A stretch of DNA of 63,503 nucleotides, filler included, from Asterionella formosa (Eukaryota): NCBI GenBank assembly GCA_002256025.1. It is 10 parts of 10 records of this genome, joined end to end, with 100 filler letters (N's around TTAATTAATTAA, not from the genome) between each part and the next. Parts side by side here need not be neighbours in the genome. Positions count along the whole stretch, not along the records: positions 19,107 to 25,368 come from NKIB01012764.1; positions 25,469 to 31,729 come from NKIB01012765.1; positions 31,830 to 38,086 come from NKIB01012766.1; 7 more parts are not named here. One strand, 5' to 3'. Positions 23,131-36,038 of the stretch are shown piece by piece (the first letter of the stretch is position 1; each line of letters begins with the position of its first letter). Below the pieces are notes generated by a model. That model had not been told where the DNA came from, did not search any database, and saw only the letters and a list, made by a program, of their open reading frames with translations. A program made the translations under genes and the position numbers.

Positions 23131-24392
23131 TGTACCAGCTAAAGTTATGTAATTTGGCTCGTCATTTCCATCCGTCACCACTCCGATTTTTGCAACAACA
23201 ACGAAATACTAGCGATGACAAGTGGAATGATTGTTTGCGACAACGACGTCTTCAATTGTTGGTCAAGTGATCATTATATCTTTGAGTAATCGTCATGTGC
23301 AGTGAACATTTGTTCATAATCATTCAATTAAGAGTTTACAGAGAAGAAATCACTCAAACTCATAGTGGTTCCGCACACAGCGCACATTGTACATCCGTTA
23401 ATCCGTTTCGTCGACTACCAGCATTACAATCTCGCCAATCAACCCGTAAACAAACACATTCTACTTGTTCTCGTTGACGTTTTCAATTCTCACATGATAC
23501 TACATCGACTATTGAGATTCAGCATAGAAATAGATACGAAAATGTGCGTGACTACTGTCCACATAGCTATAGTTATAGAATGATTCTGATTACAATATCT
23601 TTTTCATGTCGCTCGTTTCTGCATTTGGCATGCTGTACATGTATTTACTATTGAACTTGTCCGCATCTTTGATACCATCACCCAAGAGAGCGAAAGCAAG
23701 TGGCTCTCTTCATTGTTGTTTGCTTGTAGGAAATATTTGATATCCGTATCATCATTTGCTTGTTGGAACTGTCCGTTGCCTCAAACCTGCTTGGCGTGTG
23801 CGTACACAAACTGTCGACTTGTTTTCATTGGAATGTTGTTCTTGTATTCACTGTTGAACTTGTCCGCTTCTTTGTTACCATCAATCGAGCGACAAGTGGG
23901 TCTCTTCATTGTTGTTTGCTCCAGGAAAGCAAAGTCGGTGTCTGTGTCATCCCCATCAATAGAGGGACAAGTGTCCTAAGTCATTGCGGTTTGCCACTGG
24001 AAAAATTGGTACCTTTGGTATCGTCATTCGCTCGTTGGAACCACTGTCCGTTGCCTCAAACCTGATTAGCGTGTGTGTATCATGTGCACTGTCGACTTGT
24101 GTACATTACAGGAGAGACTTAGCTACTAAAGTGAGTGTTATAATATCATACTCCGTAGTACAATGCAGAATACTACAGTTCCCAATCATCTTATCATGAT
24201 TGATAAGATGATAATGTGATATCACGATAGTGTGCGTTACATCTATGCATACATCACCAAAGTATGATACGTAATATTGAATAAAGTATATCACATGATC
24301 ATTATATAATTCATGAACTTCATCCAAGTGATGTAAAGGTTATATTTGATCTGGATGAGAACCCAGAAAAGGTAAATAACAATCCATATATA

Positions 24393-25130
24393 TACCAAGG
24401 TGATTGTCATCCACTTCATCACGAAAGTAACTATGTTCTAATTGTGTATTGCAAAAGATCAGATGAGGAGGAAAACAATCATTTTGAGCATTATCTTTTT
24501 GCTAGAAATGATGGATTAGCTATGTCAAGTCCGTGACCCAGGAAAAGATGCAAGGCAGTGTGGATGAACATAATGATCAAGTATTTCACCTTGCCCGTAA
24601 GTACTGCATCATCCCCAGATGCAGCAAAGAATTGGAATTGTTATGCACCGATACAGGATATCTTCCACAAGAATTCTATATACCTGAAGAAATTGGGTTC
24701 TCGGAATCTTTCTATACTGGCACCAAAGCACCATTGCAGATCAGTATGGCCACTGAACATGATTCCATGTTATTTCAACCAGAAGATGACAGTGGATGGT
24801 CATGTGGAACTTTTACAATTGTGAAAGTGTTGGAAACTCTATTGCAATTAGAAAGCAATGGCAAAATCATACCAAGGTGATTGTCATCCACTTTATAATG
24901 ACAGTAACTATGTGCTAATTGTTTATTGCAAAAGATCAGATGAGGAGGGAAACAACTATTTTGTGCATTATCTTTTTGCTATAAATGATGGATTAGCTAT
25001 GTCAAGTCCGTGATCCAGGAAAAGATGCAAGTCTGGATGAACATTATGATCAAGTATTTCACCTTGCCCGTAAGTACTGGTACTGCATCATCCCTGGATG
25101 CACCAAACAATTCAAAGGAATGGCAAAACC
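24393..25130 (+). pseudogene. Partly duplicated, decayed coding region with a possible Ulp1-like cysteine protease motif
   Basis: ~24393-24635 is repeated at ~24871-25115. Translation gives VIVIHF...NYVLIVYC...NDGL and FQPEDDSGWSCGTF, resembling the H..D..Q.xxxxCG order of Ulp1/SENP proteases. Confidence 0.35.
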
Positions 25131-25468
25131 AAATTTCTTGGCAACCGGGCACAATTACGTTTGGAGACGGATTCCTGGAAAGTTTTAAAACGTCAGGTGG
25201 TAGCAACTGATCGAACAGACGATTTGTATCTGTTACATCTAACCCACCAACCAAGTCAACACACTTTCATCTTGGAACAGTTTGGCCTCAGCCAAGTGAC
25301 AACGACAAACATTCGTGAGGATATGTTTCATTTGGAAATAACTGTTCTTCAATTTTGTATCGACAAAANNNNNNNNNNNNNNNNNNNNNNNNNNNNNNNN
25401 NNNNNNNNNNNNTTAATTAATTAANNNNNNNNNNNNNNNNNNNNNNNNNNNNNNNNNNNNNNNNNNNN

Positions 25469-27608
25469 TTGGCGACCTCAAGCAATTGTGCATGCTAGAC
25501 GCACCCCTAGCTGAGAAAGTTCCAGAGAGGCGGAGCCTTTTCTTCTTGGTTCCAGAGCGGCTGGGCTTTCTCTTTTGGGTGCTCGCCACCAATGATTTTG
25601 ATCGAAGCAAGACTCTCCCACTCCTCGATTTAAATCAAGAACCAATACCTAACTGGACCGTTTTGGAAATCTTGGTGGATCTTGGAACAAAAGATGCGGC
25701 CAATATATTCTTTCAGATAGAGGAACAGCTGACAGGGTCTGAAGAACAGGATCAGCTGGAAATCTCCATCTATAATCATAGCGCAACGAAAGTAGCGTCA
25801 TTTCAGTCCATTGCTCAAGTTAAGGAAGAGACATGGCAAAAGGTTGCCAATAGGGCTAAGTTGTCCACGCTTCCCAAGCTCAAAGAGTGGGGTGATAAAT
25901 ACGGAAGGTTTCTTGGAAAATATCTAATACAGGAGGAGAAGCATTTGTCAGATACCTGTGTCGTTTATTTTGGAACAGAAATTAAATCTGAAAACACAAA
26001 AGAAACCAATGTAGCTCTCAAATTCTTCAAAGACAGTTCTGCCTTCCTGCGTGAATTGAATAAGCGGTACTTGATCATGAGCAAGGGTGGTGCAACCCAT
26101 CCTGCAACCCAATTTGTAATTAATGTGAGAGCTGCATATTCAGACAGCAAGAAAGGGCTGAATGCATCTGCTTATCCGAATTTTACAAATTTTGAATCAA
26201 ACCAGAAAATTGAATGGAAAAAAGGAGACATTGAGTTCAATCATCTCCTAGTCATGGATTGTGGGAATAAGAATGACCTCAGTGATGTTATATCCCATGA
26301 AAACATTGCGGGCAAGGACGTGCATGCAGTGCGTTCCATTGCAATCCAAATTGCCAAATTTGTAATGTTATGCACGGAGATGTGAAGGCTCGAAATTTCG
26401 TGTGTCGTGGGGAGGGTGTTGGATATGCTGCGATCGATCTTGATAACGCAGCATCAATAGACGAAAATGGCGAGGAGGTTGGTCAGAAGCGAACAAGCTC
26501 TGGATACTTGCCTCCCGAACAGGCTGCTGTTGAATACCATAAGCTTAACAAGAAACATGGTGAGGGTCCTCCAAGAGTTAAAGCCAGTCATGAATATGAC
26601 AAGTGGTGCTTTGGAGTCCTTCTTTATTATCTCTGCACTGGTAAACAACTGTTTGTTATGGATGTTCGTGAAGAAGTAGAGCTGGATGAGCTACAGAAAA
26701 TAGTAGATTGGAGTGATGAAGATTGTGTTAAAAAGGTTGATAACTATGTGCATGACGATGATGACTGGAATCCCATGAAACTTCTGCTACAAAGACTGCT
26801 GAAGAGAGATCCTGACGAGCGCTATCATTATTGGGATGATGTTCTTAAGAAACTTAAAGCTGTTGATATGTATAACAAGATGCAAGAGATTGGAAATGGA
26901 ATACAAGTGATTGAAAATAAGGTGGATGCGCATCAAAAGGAAATACAAGGTGTGAAGGCTGAAGTGACACAAATAAATCAATATATGAAAGCTCAAATGT
27001 CACAAATAATGAAGATTCTTCGTACTATTGATGCTAAATTAAAGGTGAGCTGTCCCAGATTTGTCTGTATTAAACTATCCAGTAAAAAAGCAGGGGCCAC
27101 GAGAAATAACATGACTTGGCTAAGCAACTTGGCCAAAACTGAAGTGGCTATATCCTTTATTTGCCAGCATTCATTTGAAGTTGTTGAAGAAACAATTTTT
27201 TTTACCAAGATTAACAAGCAATGGGTGGAAGATATGGCACCTATCATTCAATTTACTCTGGTTTCTCTAACTTTTGCAGCTGAAGGATTAGCCATAACCA
27301 TGTTTGATCCAATTATGGCCATGATTGCATCATTGTTGAGATTAGCCAATGAATTGCTACATGATCAGCTTGGAGTGAGTATAGATGAATTGCTAAACGA
27401 TAAGCTTGGAGTGAGTCTAGAATCCCTTAAGGATCGAAATGATGGAGTGTTTCTACCTCCACTTATTGGAAAAGCATACAAAATAATTTCTGAGAAGGCT
27501 TATAAAGAAAAGCATTCTGGGTGGAAAAAACATCTGGTCTCTGTTAAATCAAAAGATACAGGCGATGATATATGGGTGAAGAAAGAGTTTGAAGACAATT
27601 ATTTTTGA
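25469..27608 (+). pseudogene. Protein kinase plus coiled coil plus C-terminal domain; frameshift near 26360; 5' truncated
   Basis: VALKFF (VAIK) and alphaC RE lie in one frame. HGDVKARN, DLD (DFG equivalent), GYLPPE and D.WCFG lie in the next frame. A short deletion before CNVMHGD would explain the shift. Confidence 0.8.
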
Positions 27609-27849
27609 TATGGGTCAGGGCTGTTCTTATCATTTTTTAGTGTTAGGGTTAGATTTTTTTGTTACCTCTATTTTTTTTGTCCTCATACCGAGTGATTATA
27701 TCTTTTGTTCATTATATGACTGTGCAGGGTGCTCTTGCTTTTCCTGCCTCAAATCTTATATGTACAAATATATATACATCAATCAGGGAATTTGTTATTA
27801 GCCTCAAACGGTACAAGTATGGAATCTTTGGATGGCAACTACAACAGGG

Positions 27850-30439
27850 ACAGGGACAGAAAAATAAGAAACAAGCACTAGGTCGTGGCTGGGTTATAGG
27901 CGGAGGGCAACCTATGTCATCCCTCCACCCAGACAAGATTGGAGGTTTCCTGGGAGGAATCACGGCCACAAACTTATCCTCAGAAGAACCCTTAGGAGTC
28001 GAAATGGACCGAAAGCCTGAAAGCATCTCACCCAGGAGCATCTCTCGCGCACAACCCAGCAAGCGGTTGTGGGATCGGCCTCGCTGGTGCGCATTGATGG
28101 GGTTAAGTCTTTGCCACCGGCATCAGAATCTGCCAAAGTTCAAGTTGCTGATACCCAGAAGAAAAATGGATGAAAGGGCCCTTCATGAAACTTGACAGTA
28201 ATGACACACAGACAGTTGTATTCCACATACCATCAGGTAAACGTTACAAGGACTATCGATTGAAGCAAGGCTCAGTGATACAGCGTGCTAGCGTAACGAT
28301 ACGCTATGTAGAAGCGAACAACTCGGAAGATTATCAATCGTTAGTAGCCGTCAAGAACAGCACTCAGTTACAGGCAAAACTTACTGCCGATTTTGGGAAT
28401 GTGGTTTCTTTGGGGACGCTAGATGGAGGTGTTCAGAGTTCACGTGAAAAAAGCCATCAAGAAGTACATGTACAGCGAACCGTTCATGCAGGGTTGGTGT
28501 TATTCGGCAAGACAAAAATGTTCAATAGTCAAATTGACATACAACTGGAGATCTGCGTTGAAAAAACAGAGGAGGCTCCACCTGTCACCCCTAATGTACC
28601 TCCAACCCCGGTTGAAGATGTAAAGCTTCCTGCTAGGCCTACGCCTCCAACAGATCCAACCCCGATTGAAGATGTAAAGCTTCCTGCTAGGCCTATGCCT
28701 CCGATACCACCAGCACCCACTCCTGGGCCTGTGATCGACCTAGAGAAGACACGCAGCCTTTTAAAGAAAAAGCTAGCTGACCCAATGTGTTTGTTGAGCG
28801 AATCAGAAAGCATTGCCCTGCTTTCATTGTGTGTTTCAGATGGAGCAGAGAATGCGAAGAAGATTGCAGATAAGGATGCAGTGATTGTGATCGGGAATAC
28901 CGGAGCCGGTAAGAGCACATTTGTTAACTACTTGCTGGGCCGTGATATGATAGAGAAAAACCCCAAAGAGCTTGGGGTTTACAGAAAGTTGTTGTGGTAA
29001 GGTCAAAGTTGGAAGGTGGCCAATGCGATGAAGTCATGCCAATAGGCCATGATAAAACGTCTAAGACGTTCATGCCCCACATAGCAGCAGACCTTGGTAA
29101 CCCTGCGCAAGCCTATTGCGACTGCCCTGGGTTTTTAGACAATAGGGGCGCGGAGATCAACATTGCAAATGCAGTCAACATCAAGCGGGCTTTGCAAGAA
29201 GCCAAGTGTGTGAAGGTGCTAATCCTGATCAACTACTTTAGCCTTTTGGCTGACCGTGGCCGTGGTCTTACGGAAATGCTGGAAATATGTATAAAGCTGT
29301 TTGGGAGCACGGCCAACCTAGAACGTTTCAAAGATGCCCTACTACTGGGCGTTACACAAGCACCCAAGGATGGAGACTAAAAAGCCCTTAAAGAATGGCT
29401 GATAGAAGACACGCCCGAGGTCATGAAGGTATTGTCTAAGCGCTTGTTTTTGTATGACCCGCTGGACCGTGGCGGATCAGATTTCTGGAAGCAGGAAAAA
29501 TGTGCCATTGAGATTGCTGCGCTCAAGGGTATTCCGGAATCTCAGTCATGTAAAATGTTTCAGACAGTACTGACAGCCGATGATGAGCAAAAGTTATTAG
29601 AGATTGTAGAAAAGCAAAGCAATATGCTGCAAAAGGAACTTGATTGTGGAGCCCATGGCAAGGCAGGCTCCTGCTGGCAAGTGCTACAAAAGCTTCGTGT
29701 GATCGACAACATTTGTGTAGAGCGGATGTTGAATTCTATCCAGCTACGGTTACGGAATTTTATTACAGAACATGTTGCTTTGTTTAAGGGATATGTGGTA
29801 AACTACCAATTTGAGAAAGCAAAAGAGCACCTGCATGAATTGCGCAATATGGGCAGCCATTTTGATAAAGCAGACTTAGAGCTAGATCTACATGCATTAG
29901 CGTCTCAATACACATTGTGGCAAAAAAAACAGGCTACTGAGCTTGATCGGGAGCGATGCTACCGAGAAGATCTGGAGAGGTATGCAGCCGATACCAAGGA
30001 ATTACTTCGTGTCAATGAGACACAAAAGCAAGAGATGGAATCTCGGCTAACATTGCATTTATTGGAACATGCCCAGAAGACCTCCAATCTGCATAATATG
30101 ATGAAATGCCGTGAGGCTGACTATGACAAACAGTTTGCGAAGTTGCAAGAAGAGAGCACTGTGGCGCTTCTTAAGCAAAAAGAGATGCAGTTGTTAAACC
30201 AGGCATTGAGTGCTGAGGGGCGGGCAAAGTTCCAAGAACAGCTGCAGCGCTCTTATGATGAGAAACTAGCAGCGACAGAGGCAGAGAAGGCCTTGTTCCT
30301 CTCTAAGTTCAAACCTTTTTTGCAGCAGCATGAGGGGAAAATGCAGAAGATAGGCAAACTAAAGGCTCTGTTTCAGGTCACACTTCCTGTGGTCTTTAAT
30401 GTTTTAGCCAGCAAGTTCTTCCAAATGTTCTCTGGTTGA
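27850..30439 (+). pseudogene. Intronless P-loop GTPase (TRAFAC, AIG1/MMR_HSR1-like) with Pro-rich linker and C-terminal coiled coil; several lesions
   Basis: G1 GNTGAGKS, G2-like SKT and G3 DCPG. Frameshift near 28990, in-frame TAA at 29378-29380, upstream stop near 28170. A 54-bp tandem repeat (PTPVEDVKLPARP) sits at ~28602-28702. Confidence 0.75.
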
Positions 30440-30730
30440 ATCAGCCAATTGACCAAAATGCATGAAATGTTTTGAAATACTGCCAAGGTGTATGCAAGCA
30501 TTCTTCCTATTACTTGCATATACCTGATCAGTAACTGAAATAGTATTATCAAAGCCCCAAGAATCTGACAACAGTTTTTTATTGATCCAGGCTTTGTCTG
30601 CAAATAAAAACTATCATGTTTCCATGATGCATTGTAATTTAATTAGGAACCCTTTTGACTACATATATTTAATTATTATATGTATTGTTTCTATTAGATT
30701 CTTGTATCTCGAATTTCTTGGTAGGATACA

Positions 30731-30752
30731 TAGGGTTAGGGTTAGGGTTAGG
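30731..30752 (+). repeat. Interstitial telomere-like repeat (TTAGGG)~3.5
   Basis: TAGGGTTAGGGTTAGGGTTAGG. Confidence 0.75.
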
Positions 30753-31297
30753 ACTAATAGAAGTGCAATCCAATTAATTCTCTTGTTGGAGCAAATATTT
30801 ATCTAAATAATCATAGGGAATGTCTAATTGCATCAGATTCAACATTTGGAAAATTAAATGACAATCAAGAACTTCACAAACTCTCTGGAATGAAGAAAAT
30901 TGCTTAGATGCTCAATGAATCTATTAGAAGCATTCCAGTAGCTAGCATATCTGCCTCTAGAGAATTATGAAAAAGAGGAACTAAATTAATGTAGAGAGAA
31001 GAAGCCTTGCGAAAAAAGTGTAGGCGGCAACACAGTCGCTCCATAAGCAACAGAAATCTATGAAAATGGCGCCTGGGGAGATTGCCCTACATCTAAGCCG
31101 CGTATTACGTGAAGTGACCATCACGTAAATAAGCCTAGTTGATTTTGAATGGATCACATGAATTAGTTGAATACATCAAAATGCTTACTTGAATATATCT
31201 ATATATTATCTGAATACATCACGTTCATTATTTGATCAGAGTATCATGCATGCATTCCTGATCATCACTATATTACGTGATCACCTTCACAAAATTA

Positions 31298-31376
31298 ATT
31301 GAAATACTTCACATTATTATTTGAAACTTCACATAATTATTTGAAATACTTCACATAATTATTTGAAATACTTCAA
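31298..31376. repeat. AT-rich minisatellite, ~23-bp unit TTGAAATACTTCACATAATTAT
   Basis: About 3.5 tandem copies are visible. Confidence 0.85.
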
Positions 31377-31829
31377 TTAATTCTGTAATTCAGTTCACAT
31401 TGCCTTAAATTTTTGTCCACGTAATTCTATAATATGGTTCACGTAATTTATTAAATTTTTTTACGTATTTTAAAAGTACTATCAAATAATGTTGATTACT
31501 AATTCAACAGCCGGTATTTCACATTACATGGGAAACAAATCTCGATATGCAATCAAACGAAGCAGTTCTTTCAGAATGGCATCTTCAGTCTTGATAAGGC
31601 AAGCATTATGAGAAGTCTGTAAGGACAATGCAAGACAAACAGAAGCCATGCATTCTGAATGAAAAAATCATTCATTCTTGAAGAGGCATTATTGCACGAA
31701 GTTGCAACATGAATGCATCACACACTGGCNNNNNNNNNNNNNNNNNNNNNNNNNNNNNNNNNNNNNNNNNNNNTTAATTAATTAANNNNNNNNNNNNNNN
31801 NNNNNNNNNNNNNNNNNNNNNNNNNNNNN

Positions 31830-32789
31830 TTGGAGGAATTTAGGTTGTTTTTCCCAGGCCCTAGAAGAAGATGGAGTGTTAGAAGACCTAGCTTCCACTA
31901 ACCTGTCTGTGTTTGTAGCTAGGTTCGAAGCAGCGCTCACTAGTGCTGCGGCTACCTGCGCCATACTTTCGTCACGTGAGTTTCTGATGTCAGTTTTTGT
32001 GGGTGTGATCTGCGCGCCGTCCGTCTGCCGAATCTTGGGTGAGTTGATGTGCATGCGATGTAGCGTGGCACTCCAATCCATTATTTCATGCGTCGTCGCA
32101 TAAGAGATGGGAAGGGAGATTTGGTTTGGTACCATCTTCGCGGTGTATAGGAAGCTCAAAAAATACTCTGCAGATGCGTACACTTGTTTGCGGATCGTTG
32201 CCTTTTCGTCGTCGGTTTGGGTGGTGCTAAGATTCGCCTGGTTTTCCGCGAGTGTTTTGGCTGCAAGGCGAGCGAGGAAAAAGAGTTCAGCTGGGTCATC
32301 GGTGGAACTGGAGGTGAGGACGTTGAACAGGAAAGGCGGGACTTTGACAAGATGGTTGATGTTGGTGTTCATCACGGTAGTCGCCGTGAGGAGCAAGGTG
32401 CTGAGTTGTTCCGGAGTGGTGGCATGATCATGTAAGGCGTCGTAGTTGGGAATGGTGGTTGTGATGGCTGCGAAAGCGTGTCTGGCTTCGAAAACCACTG
32501 GTTGGGCGATGGATCCCAATCCAAGGAGAGCTACATAGACCGGCGCCGATTTACCCCAATTGTTGCCTGTGAGGACGCTAAGATTGTGGCAAAAATGGAC
32601 TTTATGGTCAAGAGGGCCAATCATGGCATGGAATTTAAAGAGGGTGTTACTAGTGAGGAGGGTTTGACGGGTTTCTGGCGTGGTTGCGTGCTCAAGCGAG
32701 GTTGCAAAGTGGTGAAACTCGGTCAATAGATCGTTTCGAGCGGCGAGAGTATCCGTAAAATAGTTCTTCCAGGTGTTTACGAGAATCAT
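31830..32789 (-). mobile_element. Intronless ORF, probable ORF1/gag of a DIRS/Ngaro-type retroelement (3' truncated by gap)
   Basis: Long open frame with CHNL...G.......VALLGLGSIAQPV and WS..LH motifs, reminiscent of ORF1 of diatom tyrosine-recombinase retrotransposons. No catalytic domain lies within the contig. Confidence 0.4.
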
Positions 32790-33523
32790 GTTGTTGCTAG
32801 AGATGTTGTTTAATGATTTTAGACTATAAATTGCGAAAGGCTTGGCGATGCATGCTTTAGACTGCTTCTCTGAATCGTTATTCAAAGAATTGTGTGCTTC
32901 ACCCTTGCACTAATTCACTTGTTTAACCTCGCGTGGTTGCTCTTGTCTTCCCTTGTCTTAGCTGCCGACTCTTGGTTGTTCGATTCAACTCTAAAAGCTA
33001 GAACTTAATAGTCGCATTGTCGCTATATTGAATTCTCAGCTTCGACTCCTTCGATTTGCGTCGCGTGGTTTGTATCATCCGGTGCTCGCATGATATACTA
33101 ACTCCATCGCGTCCGTCCTTGTCCGTAATATCAAGAATGCGTAACGGTACGGATGAAGCAAACTGGTTACTAAATTACATATGCCATGCATCACACTTGA
33201 GATGTTCCCGCCCTACATACGATCTTGTTGCCTGTCGCCATGACACGTTCATAAATGATTGGCTCATATACCGGTATGATTGAATCAATGATGTCTCGAC
33301 AGAACAATGTGACCTAACTTTTGATGGACATTTTGTTTTGGATGGAATTCGCGGTAGTGGACAACGAATCCTTGTTGGGGAGGTATGTCATAATTATTCG
33401 AATCCGTAAATCAATGTCTATAATAGTAAAGATAAACCTTTTTTTGCTTTGTCATTATCGCTAAATCACATAACCATGCAATATAGGAATTCGCAGAAAC
33501 GCACAAACAGCTCATTCCTATTT

Positions 33524-34580
33524 CTATGGAAGGTCCTTTCCAAGAACTTGCTCGAATAGTTCTCGGTCTCGTCGGCTGACCACACAACCAGCTGTGCCAG
33601 AGGCACCGAGTGATTGGTAGCCACAAATGCAAAATGGAGAGACACAACAGACAGGACCATCTGGCAATTTAACACCCACGCAATCAGAATTGGTAGTACA
33701 TGGAACGACATCAGGGAAGTTCTGATAAGTAGGAGACATGGGTGTCGGACATGACCAGGGGGTAGGCGCAGGAGTTTGGACAGGAGGAGGAGTTGGGGCA
33801 GGAGTAGGAGCAGGCGTAGTGGGGTCTGGGTCAGCTGCACATATGTGTTCACTTCCAGAGGTGTCAGCAAGACCACAAAGGCACAATGGATAGACGCAAC
33901 ACGTTTGGTAGCCAAATTCGATAATACCAGCGCAGTCGGAGCCTTTGGTACATGTGGTTTTTCCAAACATCCCCTTATAGAGATACGAGGTGCTTGATGG
34001 ACAAAACTGCGGAGTTCCAGTCCATGGCTTTTGAGTCTTGTAACTAGTAGGAGGATTTGGGACAAGGGTTGCAGGAGGAGTTGGCGATGGAGTTGCAGGA
34101 GGAGTTGGAGGGGTTGTTGGGACAGGAATTGGGACAGGGGGTAAGGTAATGATAGGAGGCGAAGTAGTGGGATCTATACGGTCATCAGTGAGACATACTA
34201 CTCCTGTTCCAAGATTCGAGGGTTCGCAGATGCATTGTGGATAAATGCAGCAATCCCCTGGATCGACACAGTCTGCATTCATTGTGCAGGGTATGATACC
34301 CTCATTTTGCCAATAGCCACTAGAGATGCTTGAGGGGCAGGTATAGTCGGTTCTTCTTCCTGTCATGTACCGGAAATCAATTGGTTAGTTTGGGCTCCAT
34401 AGAATGACTGTGGGGTTCCATCAGGAGTCAACAGTTCGAATATGTTCACTTACGCCTTGGAAGATCGCCCTCACTAAGCAATTTTCTATCACCATTTTCA
34501 TCTACTGCTGTGTGATATCCTCGAAGTACTGAAGCAGAGGATAGAGGTAATAGAGTAACGATGGCAAGAGAAATTTTCAT
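33524..34580 (-). CDS. Secreted Cys-rich protein with three 8-Cys modules and Pro/Thr linkers; exons 34580-34454 and 34359-33524
   Basis: Signal peptide MKISLAIVTLLPLSSASVLRG. A 94-bp intron has GTAAGT donor, CTAAC branch site and CAG acceptor. The spliced frame is continuous (320 aa). Module pattern CP...Y...C....DC...CC..P.C.C...C. Confidence 0.85.
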
Positions 34581-36038
34581 TGTATTTTGATTGAACGGTT
34601 TAAACAATTATGAGCCCATCTTAATGTTGATGTGATTTCTGCAGAAAAACTAGACGACATGAATGAATTAAACTCAAAACGAGAACACTATCAGTGTGAT
34701 GAGAGCTTCTAAATATTTCTTGATCGGCATGGTTACTTGGAGTTATTTAAAAGTCTTGCTTCAAGTGAACATGTGTTTTCCGCGCCAGTGAAACAGTTCC
34801 TGATGATTGGTGGAGCCCGCCTGCGCAAACAGCACAATATGTTTTCACACGCATAGATGTGAGCCAAGGAAGGAGACCATTCAAGACTGTGCGAGGTACA
34901 TTCCGGTATTTACAGTACATAGTGTACCGGTACCGGTAAGGTTGGCAAGTAGAGGTGAGTCGTGTTTGTTGCAATACCGGTAGAGCACGGCGGTGGTATC
35001 GCCAGGTAGCCTTCGGGTAGGCCTGGTATTTAAAGTAATCGTAACCCTATTGAAAAAAATTGAACACTTTTTGCTCGGCACACTTTGTCATGTACTCCAG
35101 AGTTGCAAAATGCTAAGCACACGCGTGCTCAATTGTTCTTGCTTTCCCCTTGTCTTCACCATACTCCCGCCAATCCAAGCCCAGTTGCAGCATTGTAATA
35201 ATTTTATTGAGCAATGAGCTGAACTTGCCCTTGGAAGGCAGGGCAAGGCCCAAATATATGCATTGGAGTTGACTTAAGTTACTTCAGGAAACGTGGTGGT
35301 TTGTACTAAACCATCCCTCTGAGGGCACGCACATGCACTAAACCTTCAATTCAAGATTTATCTCACTTATGTTCTTGATAGAGTGAGACACTAGAAATTC
35401 CTGTGTTCTCATTTGTTTGTTGCAATGAAAGTTTGTTCTTACCTTGGCCTCATCCTGCATGGCGTTTGCGGCTATATGAGGTGGCATATGGCTGGCAAAA
35501 AGTATTCTAGAGATTAGTATCCTACATTCTTTTCAATAAATGAGTAATATGGTGTCTTGATATTAATTTCTAGCATGAACCAAAGTGTTGGACGTATGCC
35601 AACGTGCAAAACGCATCATTGGAAGTCTAGAAAAAGCTACAAATCATACACACTCTAGGAAATAGCTAGTATTCGAGGCAATAAGTCTGCCTAAAAAGAA
35701 ATTTAAGGGATCATTGTTTCCTTTTAGGTTGTTGTGATGCTAAGGCAACGAAGAAAACGGATTTTGATTTTGTGCTGCTATCGATAATGGCTGTGCATCT
35801 TATGGGAACTGGGGCATTTTGTTCTACAGTACAAGTACCGGTAGTACAGGAATGAAAAGAATACAACCAAATACATCGTGTTAAGAAAGTTCAAAACCAA
35901 ATTTTCTACCCACTATGCGCATCTAAGTGTATCGCTGTAGACTTGCACTTCAATTGTTCGGAATTCCAAGCTCTCTGACTCTTGTTCAACACTTTCCATA
36001 CTTCTTTTACACAAAACAAATCAACATATGGGTCTCAT

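Noticed and set aside
25075..25082. TA-CTGG-TA insertion relative to 24602, and TA-GC-TA at 54148
   Set aside because: Both fit the footprint pattern but are equally explained as simple tandem duplications (GTACTG, CTAG), so they were not counted as evidence.
33466..34065. Long alternative-frame and antisense ORFs over the Cys-rich, ARM and TE genes
   Set aside because: Shadow ORFs caused by repetitive codon usage, with no independent motifs.
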